A stretch of 64,000 nucleotides of DNA from Camelus ferus (taxonomy: Eukaryota): positions 70,496,001 through 70,560,000 of the forward strand of contig NC_045696.1 in NCBI RefSeq assembly GCF_009834535.1, written 5' to 3'. The notes beneath the pieces were generated by a model. The model worked only from the letters and a program-made list of their open reading frames with translations, was not told the origin of the DNA and made no database searches. Positions 52,441 through 64,000 of the stretch are shown piece by piece. Each line of letters opens with the position of its first letter. The stretch's first letter is position 1. A program made the translations under genes and the position numbers.

Positions 52441-53446
52441 TTTCTCTTATATCAGTGATCAGTAAATAAAGCCACATTGATAACATGCTCTCAATTCATC
52501 TGATCTATTATCAGACGTGAAGACTATGCCAAATTACCCATTAACAGAAAGGCATATATAAAAGAGAACCTGACTTTACTTTGCAAACTTACAGCCATTC
52601 ATGAAGAGCTTCCAGGAAGAAAACAATAACCATTTTCCAAACTCTTCACTTCCATGTGTGTACATTTAAAATAACTTTTGGTCCTTCTAAGACCTTTGTA
52701 AGTCACCAATATTTTAGCTCAATTGGGCTTAGCACCTTGGTACCACTTTGCAGGAGTAGCATGTTCATCACAAGGACTAATGTGGAAATGAAGAGTTAAA
52801 TGAAGAGTTAAGAGTGAAATGCCTTAGGTCAGATACATACTCCTCCTCAATTAAGGACTTAAAACTTACTGTGGAGATCTCGGACACACTGGAGAGGTAT
52901 ATTATCAAACAATGGGCTGGATGACTATGTTAAGTAAGTAAGATGTCCTACAATTTGCTGCTTATACTATATTCTGCATTTCAAAACAATGTATGAAAGT
53001 TACCAACTCTGGACATTTTATAAACCAGCTTTCTGAAAAAAAATGGCATCATCCTCTCCAAAGTAAAAATACTCTTGATTCATGTGAAAGTACGCACAGT
53101 TGAAATTCACTTGCAGGATGGAAACTGTAGTAATGAGCAAACAGACTGATGAAGAATGATCAGTCAGTAAGCATTTATTGAGCAACTACCAAATGTAAAT
53201 GCCATGCGAAGAGCTTTGAGGGATGCTAAAGAAACAGAAGACTCCTGGCTTACAAAAGTTCATAAACTAGATTAAAGAACAGGCTTAAGAAATATATTGA
53301 CAAATTCAAGTTTACAAGGCTTTTTACCAAAAAGTGCTCAAAAATTATTGGGACTGATAGAAGGCAGAGGGAGGCCCATAAATCAAGTAAATATAATCAA
53401 TAAAGGATGTTTATTACATAGATTAGTAGACTGTCTATAAACTTAC

Positions 53447-53669
53447 CTGCTGAATATCTAGGCTGGTGATATCCATATGTACAATGAGGGCTTCCACATT
53501 TTCCATTAACTTTTTATCTTGGAAATGAACAAGCAAGTCTTTCATTACCTGAGGTGTGATCCCCAACAATTTATCACTTAAAATATATGGTTCAAGGCAC
53601 TCCAAAAACACTCCTTTGGCCACAGAATTCTCACTTAATTTGTCATACATCTGGCTAAATAAAAGATCC
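53447..53669 (-). CDS. VPS8: VPS8 coding exon (DLLFSQMYDKLSENSVAKGVFLECLEPYILSDK...MDITSLDIQQ), 223 nt
   Basis: Lies within ORF-track entry 53435..53719. ttacag acceptor, gtaagt donor, 1+222 nt. Recognisable Vps8 central-domain peptide. Confidence 0.96.
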
Positions 53670-53769
53670 CTGTAACAGAAAGGGAAAAAAATACTTTTAA
53701 GAACATTCCAAACAACCATTAAATTCAGTCTACTAAGTATATCTCATCTTTTTGTATTTCAACTTACAA

Positions 53770-53995
53770 GTTTATTAAAAACAGTTAACAATATTTGCAT
53801 AGAGCTTTATACTGTGAAAACCTTTTCATATATACTATCTTAATTAATTCTCCCAATACTTTTCACAAATAGAAAAAAAAGTTGAGTAAGTTAAATTATT
53901 TGCTGAAAGTCAGACAGCCAACAAATGATAGATTCGGAATCTGAACCAGCTTTCTGACCTAAACTCTGTGCTGAGTCCATTATGGCGCACTGCTT
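53770..53995 (-). mobile_element. MIR SINE
   Basis: gttaaattatttgctgaaagtcagacagcc...ggaatctgaaccagctttctgac. Confidence 0.55.
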
Positions 53996-56900
53996 CTTAA
54001 AGGCAACACTGACACAGGAGCAGGTAGTACAAAGATCACAATGAAGCAGAAAAAATTAAAAGGACTATTCACAATACCCTTTCCTCCTTTCTGGTAACTA
54101 AACATTTCCACCTGATCTGCAGGGCCAATTTGCTCGTTCATCCGTTCTTACCCCTTGCTTTCCAAAGGGTTTAGGCAGTGATTATTCATGGGAGAGGAAG
54201 AAAAACTGTTAAATATTTTAAAAATACGGCTGGAAACTATTTTATTACAGAAACAAAAATCTTTTAATTAATCAAATGCACTACATTCAATAACTGTGTT
54301 TTATTTATTTAGCATTTCTTCTGCAAAGAGTCTAGAAATAATTTTAGATTTATACACATCATAAATATAATCTTCTTTGGTTTTCATGCAATATTATATG
54401 ATAAGCATTACTTAAGTTGCCCTTTACTCTGTAAAATTACCATTTTATCTAATTCACAATGTTTCAGTATGCTGAGATATCACAATTTACTTAACTATTC
54501 CTGTAGTGCTGGCTATATGCTAAATCACTTATTTCTAATATTTCTCTCTTAAGAGTAATGCCACAATGAACACCTACATATATAGTCATTTCCATTTGGG
54601 GGGCTTAATTACTTAGTCATTCTACTTTTAGAAATTTATCTAAAGTCAAAAATATGAAAAATTTCACGACACTTAAAATGTATTACTAAATTACCTTCAA
54701 AAATCATCACAGCACTAATTTATACTGCCATCAGCAATGTATAATCACACCAGTTTTAACTGTGTTTGGTTTTTCCCCCACATAATTTAATGTGTAAATT
54801 GAATAACATCACTGTTTTAACTTGATGACTGGCAGGATTAAATGTTTTTCATATTTCCATTTATACATTGTATTGACTTGTATCATTCACTAATTCTTTT
54901 TTTAATACAAAAACTGTGCTAATTCTATTTACCTGTTAGGATTGACTGATTATTTATGTATATTTATTTATTAAATGTATACTCTCTATATATGTGCATC
55001 CTGTCAATTGTGAAAAGTGGTAGATGGTTGATCCATAGGTGTGGTCTTTCATGATAAGTTCCACAAAAAGGTCAAGGAAGATTCTGAAAGCAGTGGGATG
55101 GGGTCTTGCCTAATCTGAAGTCCTGGAAGGCGACAGGTGATACATGGGCTGGCTGCAACTGCACCAGAACCACATGTCACTTTTCAATAAACAGTATTTG
55201 CAATATCTTGGGAGGAAAATCCATATCCATTTATTTTTTCTCATATCCACAAATGTAATTTTTGCATCATTTCCCCCTTTGCTTCATATTTATCAGAGCA
55301 TTTTTCACGTTGGTTTCATTTTGATCAATAGTCCATCACATTTTTGTGATTACCAATTACTAGCCAACTAAACGAAACTGAGATTAAAAAAAGCTTTACT
55401 GTGAGAAAGATAAAAAGAGTAACAAAGTAATTTTAATGAATTTAAAGAAAAAGACATATTTGCTAGCCCTTGCACTCATGATGTTGTCAAAAACAATATG
55501 CTAAGAAAGATAATTATACATTTTAGTTCAACACAAAAATCCCTGGTGAAGAGAATTAAAGAGCTAAAATTCAAAAAACAGAGCATAAAAGTTGACAAGC
55601 AAGTCACTCCTGTGACAAATAGCAGCATGCAATGCTGTTAAGATTAACCAGTTACAGGCTATAACAGAGAAGCAAGGAAAACTCAGCAACTCCTATCTGC
55701 ATTTCTACCTTAAAATAAAAATAAAACAAAATTCTAAAACATGTTCTCATCTTTCTGGGGGACTATTTATTAGAACATCAGAGAAACAAGGAGAAAAAAA
55801 AGTACATACAAAAAAACTTTTTGGCTCTTGTATTTCTTTTTACATTTAGGCATTATACTCCAGGGTGCTGACTTTGATTCCTGGAAAGGCTAACTTCAAA
55901 ATTGATGTTCATCAGTTCATGCATAGCCTCCCTATAGCTGGTATAACAGAAAATTTCATTCTGAATGATAGAGGGCCATCAAAGAGGTCTTTAACATAAC
56001 TTCACTTTTCATTAATACTCATTATTAAAAATATCATTTGGAGTTTATCGTTCATAACTTCAAATTGATAGAGAAAATGACCAAACTCACTTTTGGCATT
56101 ATCAGTTTTACAATTAAAAAATGAGAAGAACTCAGCTTTAATTATGATGAGATAATTACAAATTCAGAGGCTGGCTAAGGGAGCAAAGGCATCAATCCTA
56201 ACTCTTGCCAGTGTATAATAAATATACAACCAGAACGAAATAAATAAATCTAGACTAAATATAAGTGGGATTCAATAAATCCAAAGTTGATTTAACCTGG
56301 TCTCTTTATTTATAAAATTAAAAACAAAGTTCAAACGATCGTCAAGAAATTGTGTTCAAAATGCTGTTTTCTGAGACAGGTATTTCCTTTAAAAAAGCAT
56401 GGTTTAATTGTGGTGGTGGTTGTACAACTCTGAATATGCTGAAAACCACTGAACTGTACTCTTTAAAAGGATAAATTTTATGGTATGTGAGTTATATCTC
56501 AATATAGCTATTCAATAAAATTAAAAAGACACAGCATACTTTTCCCCTAGCTTTGATGTTTAAAATTTCAACATATAGTTATCAAGAAAATGATGAGAAA
56601 ACTCAAAATGTCAAGTTCCTTAACCATGCTTCATAATTAAGATCTTTCTGTTTTGCAAATAATAATCTTAATGTTGAACAACAAGGTTAAACAAACACTC
56701 TGGCTATCAAAAGACAACTTCAGGTTCCCTTTAAATTTAACAGAAATATTTTTCAGATTTATATACAATTCAAGTTATCTGAATGATGGCTTCTTTTTGG
56801 ATATCTACTTACCATGACATAAGCTCAAAGTGCTCAAGATCATCTGCACACAGCACCTATTTCACTTTATTTTGTTTTATAATGTCATCACTGAGATATA

Positions 56901-57325
56901 ATTCACATATAATAACATACCACTTACTTTTAAATAATCTTTAAAGTTACAGTTATAGTTCAAGTAAACTCTGGACCTATTTTCAAAATAAACTGAAATT
57001 ATAGCTACTGCTATATAAGCAAAACGACAAGTCACTAAATATGCTGCAAAAGCTTTAAGACATTTTCTATCTTTTAATCTTGAAAAAAATACACACTAAC
57101 AAACTGAAATAAAATTGTGTGAACAGAGACCAAATTATGAAAAAAAAAGTATGTCTTCAAAAACTGAATTTCCTATCATTTCTGATTTTAAACAATTCAC
57201 AGAAAGACAAAAAAGCCAAATTTTAACCAAAAAATATGTCCATAACACATTGATCAGTATGCCCCACGAGAAAAAGTGTGGTTCCTGCCACAGTTAGAAT
57301 GTTTTTACACTATAAAAGAATTCTT

Positions 57326-57696
57326 TTTTTTATCATTTTATATTGATTTATAATCATTTTACAATGTGTCAAATTCCAGTGTAGAAAACAATTTTTCAGT
57401 TATACATGAACATATATATATTCATTGTCACATATTTTTCTCTGTGAGCTACCATAAGATCTCGTATGTATTTCTCTGTGCTATACAATATAATCTTGCT
57501 TATCTATTCTACAATTTTGAAATCCCAGCCTATCCCTTCTCACCCCCCGCCCCCTTGGCAACCACAAGTTCGTATTCTATGTCTATGAGTCTATTTCTGT
57601 TTTGTATTTATGCTTTGTTTGTTTGTTTAGATTCCACATATGAGCGATCTCGTATGGTATTTTTCTTTCTCTTTCTGGCTTACTTCACTTAGTATG
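57326..57696 (-). mobile_element. 5'-truncated young L1 3'UTR with TSD
   Basis: Reverse complement closely matches 8990-9335. TSD aaagaattctt at 57315-57325 and 57697-57707. Confidence 0.9.
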
Positions 57697-58119
57697 AAAG
57701 AATTCTTAAGTATGAATGCGAAAACATATATACACTAGTTCAATTAATATTTCAGCTGGTTATGGGATTCTATGACTTATGATACTGAGGTAACAGTGAT
57801 TATAGTATAATAATGGTTGTGATACTGAGTTAAAATTAATCTCACAATATGTATTGTGTTCATAATTTGATCTACATAAGAAACAGCACAATATATGAAA
57901 ATAAGGACTGAGTATAATGTACCCAATCAGAAAATATTAATATAAGAGGCATCTGGAGGCTGGAATTGAGTGTCTAAGTGATGACCCTAGAAGTGGAAGA
58001 AGTTATCTGAAATTGGCTGAGTACTAGATTTTGTTTTGTAAGATTATATTTGTGTTATGCACAATTTGAGCATTCAAGAAAACAATCTTAATATCACAAA
58101 TACTTTGAAAATTTGAGAA

Positions 58120-58355
58120 TGTTGAAGAGAACTAGGAGCTAGACTGCCTGGATGAGAATCCCACCTTTGCTCCTAACAGAAATGTGAGTGAGCTTTGGCA
58201 AGTTAATTAGCCACTTATTGCCTCTAGAACCTCTTATGTAAAGTGATAACAATACCTACCTCGCCGTTATAAAAATCAGATATGTTGTTATAAAAATTAG
58301 ACAATTTAATGTAGTGTTTGGAACAATACCTGACATGTAGGAAGCTAACTATTAT
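58120..58355 (+). mobile_element. MIR SINE
   Basis: ctaggagctagactgcctggatgagaatccc...ttggcaagttaattagcc...aacaatacctgacatgtaggaagc. Confidence 0.65.
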
Positions 58356-58561
58356 AAACGTGAAAAAATGTGAACTAGTACAGGTTGGTTAGTTTACATA
58401 ATTACTATTTAAATGAATAAAGCCTAATCAAGAGTTTACTTACACTGATTTCTTTCAAAAGCAAAAAGGCTCTAAAAACCAACACTGCATAAGCATAATA
58501 AATCTTGTCCTTTTTTGGGTGGTAGGAAATACTGCATCTTAGTGATGATTCATAAAAGAGA

Positions 58562-58597
<36 letters not shown>

Positions 58598-58648
58598 GTA
58601 TATATATATATGTAGTATATAAATATATATACATTATATAGTATATGA
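58562..58648. repeat. (TG)n(TA)n compound microsatellite
   Basis: Read directly from the sequence. Confidence 0.9.
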
Positions 58649-58947
58649 ATCATGCATGTTTACTTTTAAGATCTTTAAGTAGTATTGCTCTTTTGTTAGC
58701 TATGTTCTTCATCTCCACTATCCTGCCACATAAATATATAGATGAAACACTCACAGCATCTATGTTGGACAAGTTATTTTATTAGGTAAATGGACTGAAA
58801 ATTGTTAAAGAATCAAATTACTGTAAATTCATTTTTTAAAAAAATCTATTCAGTCAAATTCATAGAATTTATAGTAGTAAATTATAATACAAGCAAGAGG
58901 CAACCTGGATTCAAAATAATTAAATCTGACAGGCAATGTAAACTTAC

Positions 58948-58994
58948 TTTCGCTGTAGCAGAAGGCAGTAATCCACTATGACAGGCACCATATC
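58948..58994 (-). CDS. VPS8: VPS8 internal coding exon (DMVPVIVDYCLLLQR + AA), 47 nt
   Basis: Minus strand ctacag|GAT ATG GTG...CGA AA|gtaagt. The peptide matches mammalian VPS8 as I recall it. The phase-2 end joins the next exon (AA|G = Lys). Confidence 0.93.
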
Positions 58995-60999
58995 CTGTAG
59001 AGAAAACATAAAGAAAGCATCAGCAGCATATCTCTGTCCAATGGCCCACGGGTTAGACACAACACATAATGAAAGTGGTCTGCTTCAGACACTGTTAGAT
59101 TGTTGGGAGAATGTTTAACTTTGTACCATGCTTTTGGTAAGCAATTTGGCACTCTGTGTCAAAAGTCTTAAAAATGTGAAAATATTTTTATCCAGTAATT
59201 CTATCTGGAAATGTATCCTAAATATATTTAAGAAAAAAATTTTTTAATGCATTAAGGTATTCACTGCAGCTCTGTAACAGATGAAGCAAGAGAAGGAGGG
59301 GGACAGGAGGAAGACATTGAAATGAAACATACATGGAAAAACAGTTAAGTAAATTTGCTATTTAAATAAAACATTATGTAGGTATTTTAAGTTTATAAAG
59401 AATTTATAACATAACAAACATTAGGTGGAAAATATGTATTTATCTCACAACTTTACAAAGAACATTTGTAAAGAAAATACTTCAAATTGATAATATGGTA
59501 CAGTTGTTCCTAATGATGGCTCAGGTAATTAAGGTTGTCCATATTTTGTCACTACCCTCCAAACCAGTTATTTTAAGGTTGATTTAACTTCTCAGTTTCA
59601 TAACATTTTGACCGCTTTATATTCATCATGTATAGACATATATCAAGTGAATGGCAACCCATAACTTTGGCCTTTTTCAAAAGTTTGAGGGAGAAACAGT
59701 AGTACCTTATTATGACTAGAACTTGTCAAGTAACCAAACATTAGATTTCAGCAGTACTCGTTCATTTTCTGCTGGCTGAAGAGCAATGGTTTCCTTTTTA
59801 AAATCCTAGAAGGGCTAGGTTCTAGGCAGAAAAATATCCATCAGGAGGAAGAAGGCACTATGTGAAGAAGAGAATACTGCATACTAACACTTCTTTGACA
59901 AAAAGAACAAAATTGAGGAACTCATGATCTGAAAGAGAAGTACGCAGAAGGGCCTATAGTCCTGAAAGGCTATCCCTGCCCCATCCAAACTGCTTCCTTT
60001 AGTCATCAATATTCCTCATGAATACATTTATAATCTTATACAGATTCTTCAAAAACAGGAACCAAAAACCACAGATCTGAAAAGTGTGCAAGCTGTATTA
60101 AGTCTCAACCCTGAATGAGAATACATATAGTGGGACAGATATTTTGCAGAGAAAAAAAACCTCCCTAGAAATGGAGAAATTTAATAAACATTCTTTAAAA
60201 TACATAGCTGAGGTCCCAAAAGAATAAGGGCAAGATCCAGGGCTTAAAATTGAAAAGAGAATTGAAAACTAAAGCATTAAGTCCTGAGATGCCACTGAGA
60301 CTGTCCTGTAAGTTTACAGGTCATTTAAGAGCTTGGTTTTAATGCCAGAAAGAACCTGAGGCCTTAGACTCTTCCAACAAGGAAGTGAGGCAAAGATCTG
60401 CCTAAAACCAGGATACTTAAAAAGGTGCATCCTTAGTGAAAGGCAACTAGGAAAAAAAAACAAAAATAAAAAACCCACCTGCAGGCATAGGAAGATGACA
60501 AGAAAGGTTGTCTGTCTCTGCCTAAACTCAGTGGGGGTAATGTTGTACTCTACAAGAATCTGTAATGAAGATCCACCCCACAGGTGGATGTGGGATTTGA
60601 ATTTACACTCTCTCCTTTGTATGGGAATAATCAAATTAAGAAATTAATACAAAAGGTGATCCTGAAAAAGGATATTCCTGGTACACTTGGAAAAAGAAAA
60701 TTCCAGAAACAGTGCTTCACAATGGCAACATAAGACCTACTGATTAAGCCCCACTAAATATGTGCTCATAATAAAAAATTTTAAAGCACCTCATGAAACA
60801 ATGCACCATAAGTGAATGTCAATAGAAAAACTATCAACAGCAAGGGGAGACCCCAGAACTTCAAATATTATAATTACCAAGTAGAAATTATTGAAGTATA
60901 TTTAAAATTATTAAAGGCATAAAATAAGGAATTAAGCATCTAGCCTAGTACTAAGTACTAAAGATATACTATAGAGATAATGAAGAGTGAAACCATCAG

Positions 61000-61790
61000 A
61001 TTTCCCTGTGGACATATCACTCTGGTGATTCTATCATGGGAGGATCTGGAAAACCAAGACTGAAGAAAGGCAGCTACTACAACAGTCAAAGAAAGAAAAG
61101 GGGGATGAAACTAGGGTAGTTTCATAGGCATAAAAAACAGCAGACAGAATAAAAAACTATTTATAAAGTAAAACTGTAGAAGTTGTTGACAGATTGGTTG
61201 TGGGTTGGAAGGCACAAGCAGGAGTCTATGTAACTCAAGTTTCTAATTTGAGTGATGGTTGAATGAAGATGTCACGAAATGAGGTAAGGAATATGGGAGT
61301 AGGCGTTGGAAGAAGCCAAATGTAGACTGGGCTATGGTGGATTTAAGGAATATATCTACTGAGATGCTGAATAATTAGAAATTGGATATAGTAATCTGAA
61401 ACATCTGGGTTAGAATTACAGACTTCTTAGTCATGAGAGGAAATTATGAATAAAACTGTCCAGGGATAATAGACAAAGATAAAATCAGTGGACAATGGAC
61501 CACATCTTGAGGAAGACTGGTATTTATTATATGTCCAGAGGATCGAAACAAACTCCAACTCAGCAACAGAGGTTGAAATATCAAATAGCACACAATCACA
61601 GATATCTACAGGATACAGAATTTCAGAAAGGAAGGAATGGTCATTAGTGTTTAATATAGCACTGAGGACAAATAAGATCAGATCTGAAAAGTTTTATTTT
61701 ATTTATATATTAGAGTATCATTGTTATCTTTGGTAAGAATATGTCTTGTCTTCCTGATTAGAAAGTAAGCACACTAATGGGTGAGATCCG
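61000..61790 (-). mobile_element. L2 fragment
   Basis: tcaagtttctaatttgagtgatggttgaatgaagatgtc; gaggacaaataagatcagatctgaaaag. Confidence 0.55.
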
Positions 61791-62649
61791 TCCTGCAGAG
61801 AACTGCGTGGTGAATGAAGTATTTGGGAGTATGCGACGGGGAGAAAGGTGAGAGGGAAAGAGAGGAGAGAGAGGGGAGGAAGAGAAGAGAAAGAGAAAAT
61901 ATCAGTACATGTATAACTGGAATCCCTGAACAAGGAAACTAAAACAACAGAACAGGATGAATAGTTCAAGATATAATTCAAGAAAACTTTCCTTTAAAAA
62001 AGGAATTTTTAAAAAAAGGCTTAAATCTATATATTAAAAGAGCACATCAAATATGAGGGAAAAATGGCTTAGAGTGATTATACTGAGACCCAATGCAGTA
62101 AAGTTGCCAGATTGCAAAATTAAGAAATAGCCAGGAAAAAATGAATTTTGAAAGAGGAAGAAAAAATTCTGGCCAGCCTTATATTTTCCCACAGTGACAT
62201 TCAATGCCAGAAGATAACAGAGCAATATTTTCAAGATCATTAAGGAAAGCCAAAATGTTTTTCAATATAAAAGCTAGAGACCAACAATTTGAAGATACAA
62301 CTCAAAGAGTATTTTGTTTTCCCGAGTCTTTTTTAAAAGCTCTCCCCCATATTAGTTTACTTTCCACCAAATCACGCCCAAATACCCTCCATATTTTGGG
62401 AAAAAAAGCATGTCTTTTATTAAACGTTTGTCCCTTCTTATAAGCCTATCATTTTATAGCCAAGAATCTGAAGCATGATATTCTTCTCTTCTTCATGAAA
62501 GTAACATGAATTCATAGAACATTTGAAAAATACATAAAATATTTTAAAAGATAAAGTCAACCATAATTGTACCACTAAGAGAAAATATGATTTAAAACTA
62601 TTATATCTCTTTGCCTTTTTCTAATCATTTAGCACAGTGAAGATCCTAT

Positions 62650-63360
62650 CAGTTGTTCTCAAAATGTGATCCACAAGAGGACTAAGGAGGTCATCAAGAC
62701 TCAGGGGGTTCATGAGATCAAATTAATCTTCATAATAATATCAAGATTTTATTTTTATTTTTCAGCATGTGCACATTTGCAAATATGGTGAAACAGCAAG
62801 GGTGTGTAAAACTGCTGTCTCCCTAGCCCGAATCCAGGCAGTAGCATGCATCCATAGTAGCAGTCAACATTCTTCAGAACAATCATGGCCCCAGAGGAAA
62901 GGGGAAAAAAAAATGCCATTTTTACTCAACACTGTCCTTGATGAAGCAGTGATTTTCATTAACTTTATTAAATTTCAACCCTTAAGTACATATTTTCTTT
63001 AATGTTCTGTGTGATGAAATGAGAAATAGGAATAAAGTACTTTCATTGCACAGCAAAGTACGACAGCAGTCTCAAGGAAAAGCACTTGTGCTATTGTTTG
63101 AGTTGTGAGTTGAACCAACTACTTTTATCATGGAGTACCATGACTGACAGAAAAATATATCTATTCAGACTTGAGTATCTAAAGAAAAGTTTTTCAGAAA
63201 TGAACACAGTAAAGCTGTCACTTCAAGGGAAGAAATGAACATATTTGTTGCCAATAATAAAATTCAAGCTTTCAACTGAAAGAATTTTGGAAAACACAGT
63301 CACCACTGTGAGCTTTACAGCTTCAGAGTAGACTTTACTGATGAGACTGATGGTGGTTCA
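62650..63360 (+). mobile_element. Charlie1 (hAT) DNA transposon fragment
   Basis: cagttgttctcaaaatgtgatcc terminus, then gtccttgatgaagcagtg...attaaatttcaacccttaagtaca and gtctcaaggaaaagcacttgtg. Confidence 0.75.
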
Positions 63361-64000
63361 TTAGCTTTTCTTGAAGAAACTGCTTCAGCAAACAAGAAAT
63401 GACTGTGGAAACTATAGCAAAAGCACTGGTGATCAGCATGAACTATATTTAACCACAAAAGTAAGCCTACAGCAAACAGATAGCATTTGACAATGAGGAA
63501 GAGATTTATATGATGATAAACTGTGAGGAGAAAGAGAAATGAAGGTGGGAGGTAGAAAGTATTAAGTCGTCTCAGCTGTAAGTTGGTAGTCAAAAAATAT
63601 CATTTAAAGCACACAATTAAAATTATAACTAGAAAATAATTTTTTACAGTATAAAAGATAATGGTTAAAATCTGGTAATGAAGGCAGGGTTGAGGAGGAG
63701 GAAGGAAGAAAAAATATGCTAAATTTTATCACAGAAAGGACCAATGCCCCCAAAAATAGATCAAGGGAACTATATAATGCTATAATTATAAAGGTAATCG
63801 CTAGAATAAAATATATAATGCTAAATATCAGAAGTACATGCACAGGTAAAAAATAGAGTAAGTGGTAAAAGACTTTTTTTAAAAAAATAAAAAGAAAAAA
63901 TATTTGGCTTAACTCACCTAGGATTTTCAGATTGAAATCTGAAAAAAGCAAAAATCTGAAAGCTCAAAAAGCAAACCCCCAACTCTATGTAGTAAACAAG

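Noticed and set aside
533..58994. Whole VPS8 locus is a pseudogene
   Set aside because: Thirteen other exons are free of lesions and closely conserved. A very recent inactivation or duplicate copy cannot be fully excluded.
59000..64000. Further upstream VPS8 exon
   Set aside because: I found no sequence encoding the expected upstream peptide; the region is mostly old repeats, so the exon probably lies beyond the window.
1..64000. CRISPR arrays, operons or other prokaryotic systems
   Set aside because: The sequence is mammalian intron-exon DNA with no repeat-spacer structure.

Overview
Mammalian genomic DNA, AT-rich and repeat-dense. A Vic-1-type tRNA-derived SINE points to a camelid. The whole window lies inside the VPS8 gene (CORVET subunit) on the minus strand. 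I can place 15 consecutive internal coding-exon positions, from DMVPVIVDYC... to ...RSLLDPR. Thirteen are intact, with canonical GT-AG sites and matching phases. Two adjacent exons (15369-15452 and 14554-14634) look dead: they carry a +1 nt insertion at an acceptor, a 4-nt deletion, a lost GT donor and several missense changes. Skipping both together is in frame, which suggests a lineage-specific internal deletion of about 56 aa in VPS8. The introns contain an ORF2-deleted L1 with an apparent ~850-bp 3' transduction, an L1/RPL29 retrocopy chimera inside one target-site duplication (TSD), an ERV1-like solo LTR, and many old L1, L2, MIR and DNA-transposon fragments. Comparisons with human VPS8 and RPL29 and all repeat subfamily names are from memory and need alignment to confirm.
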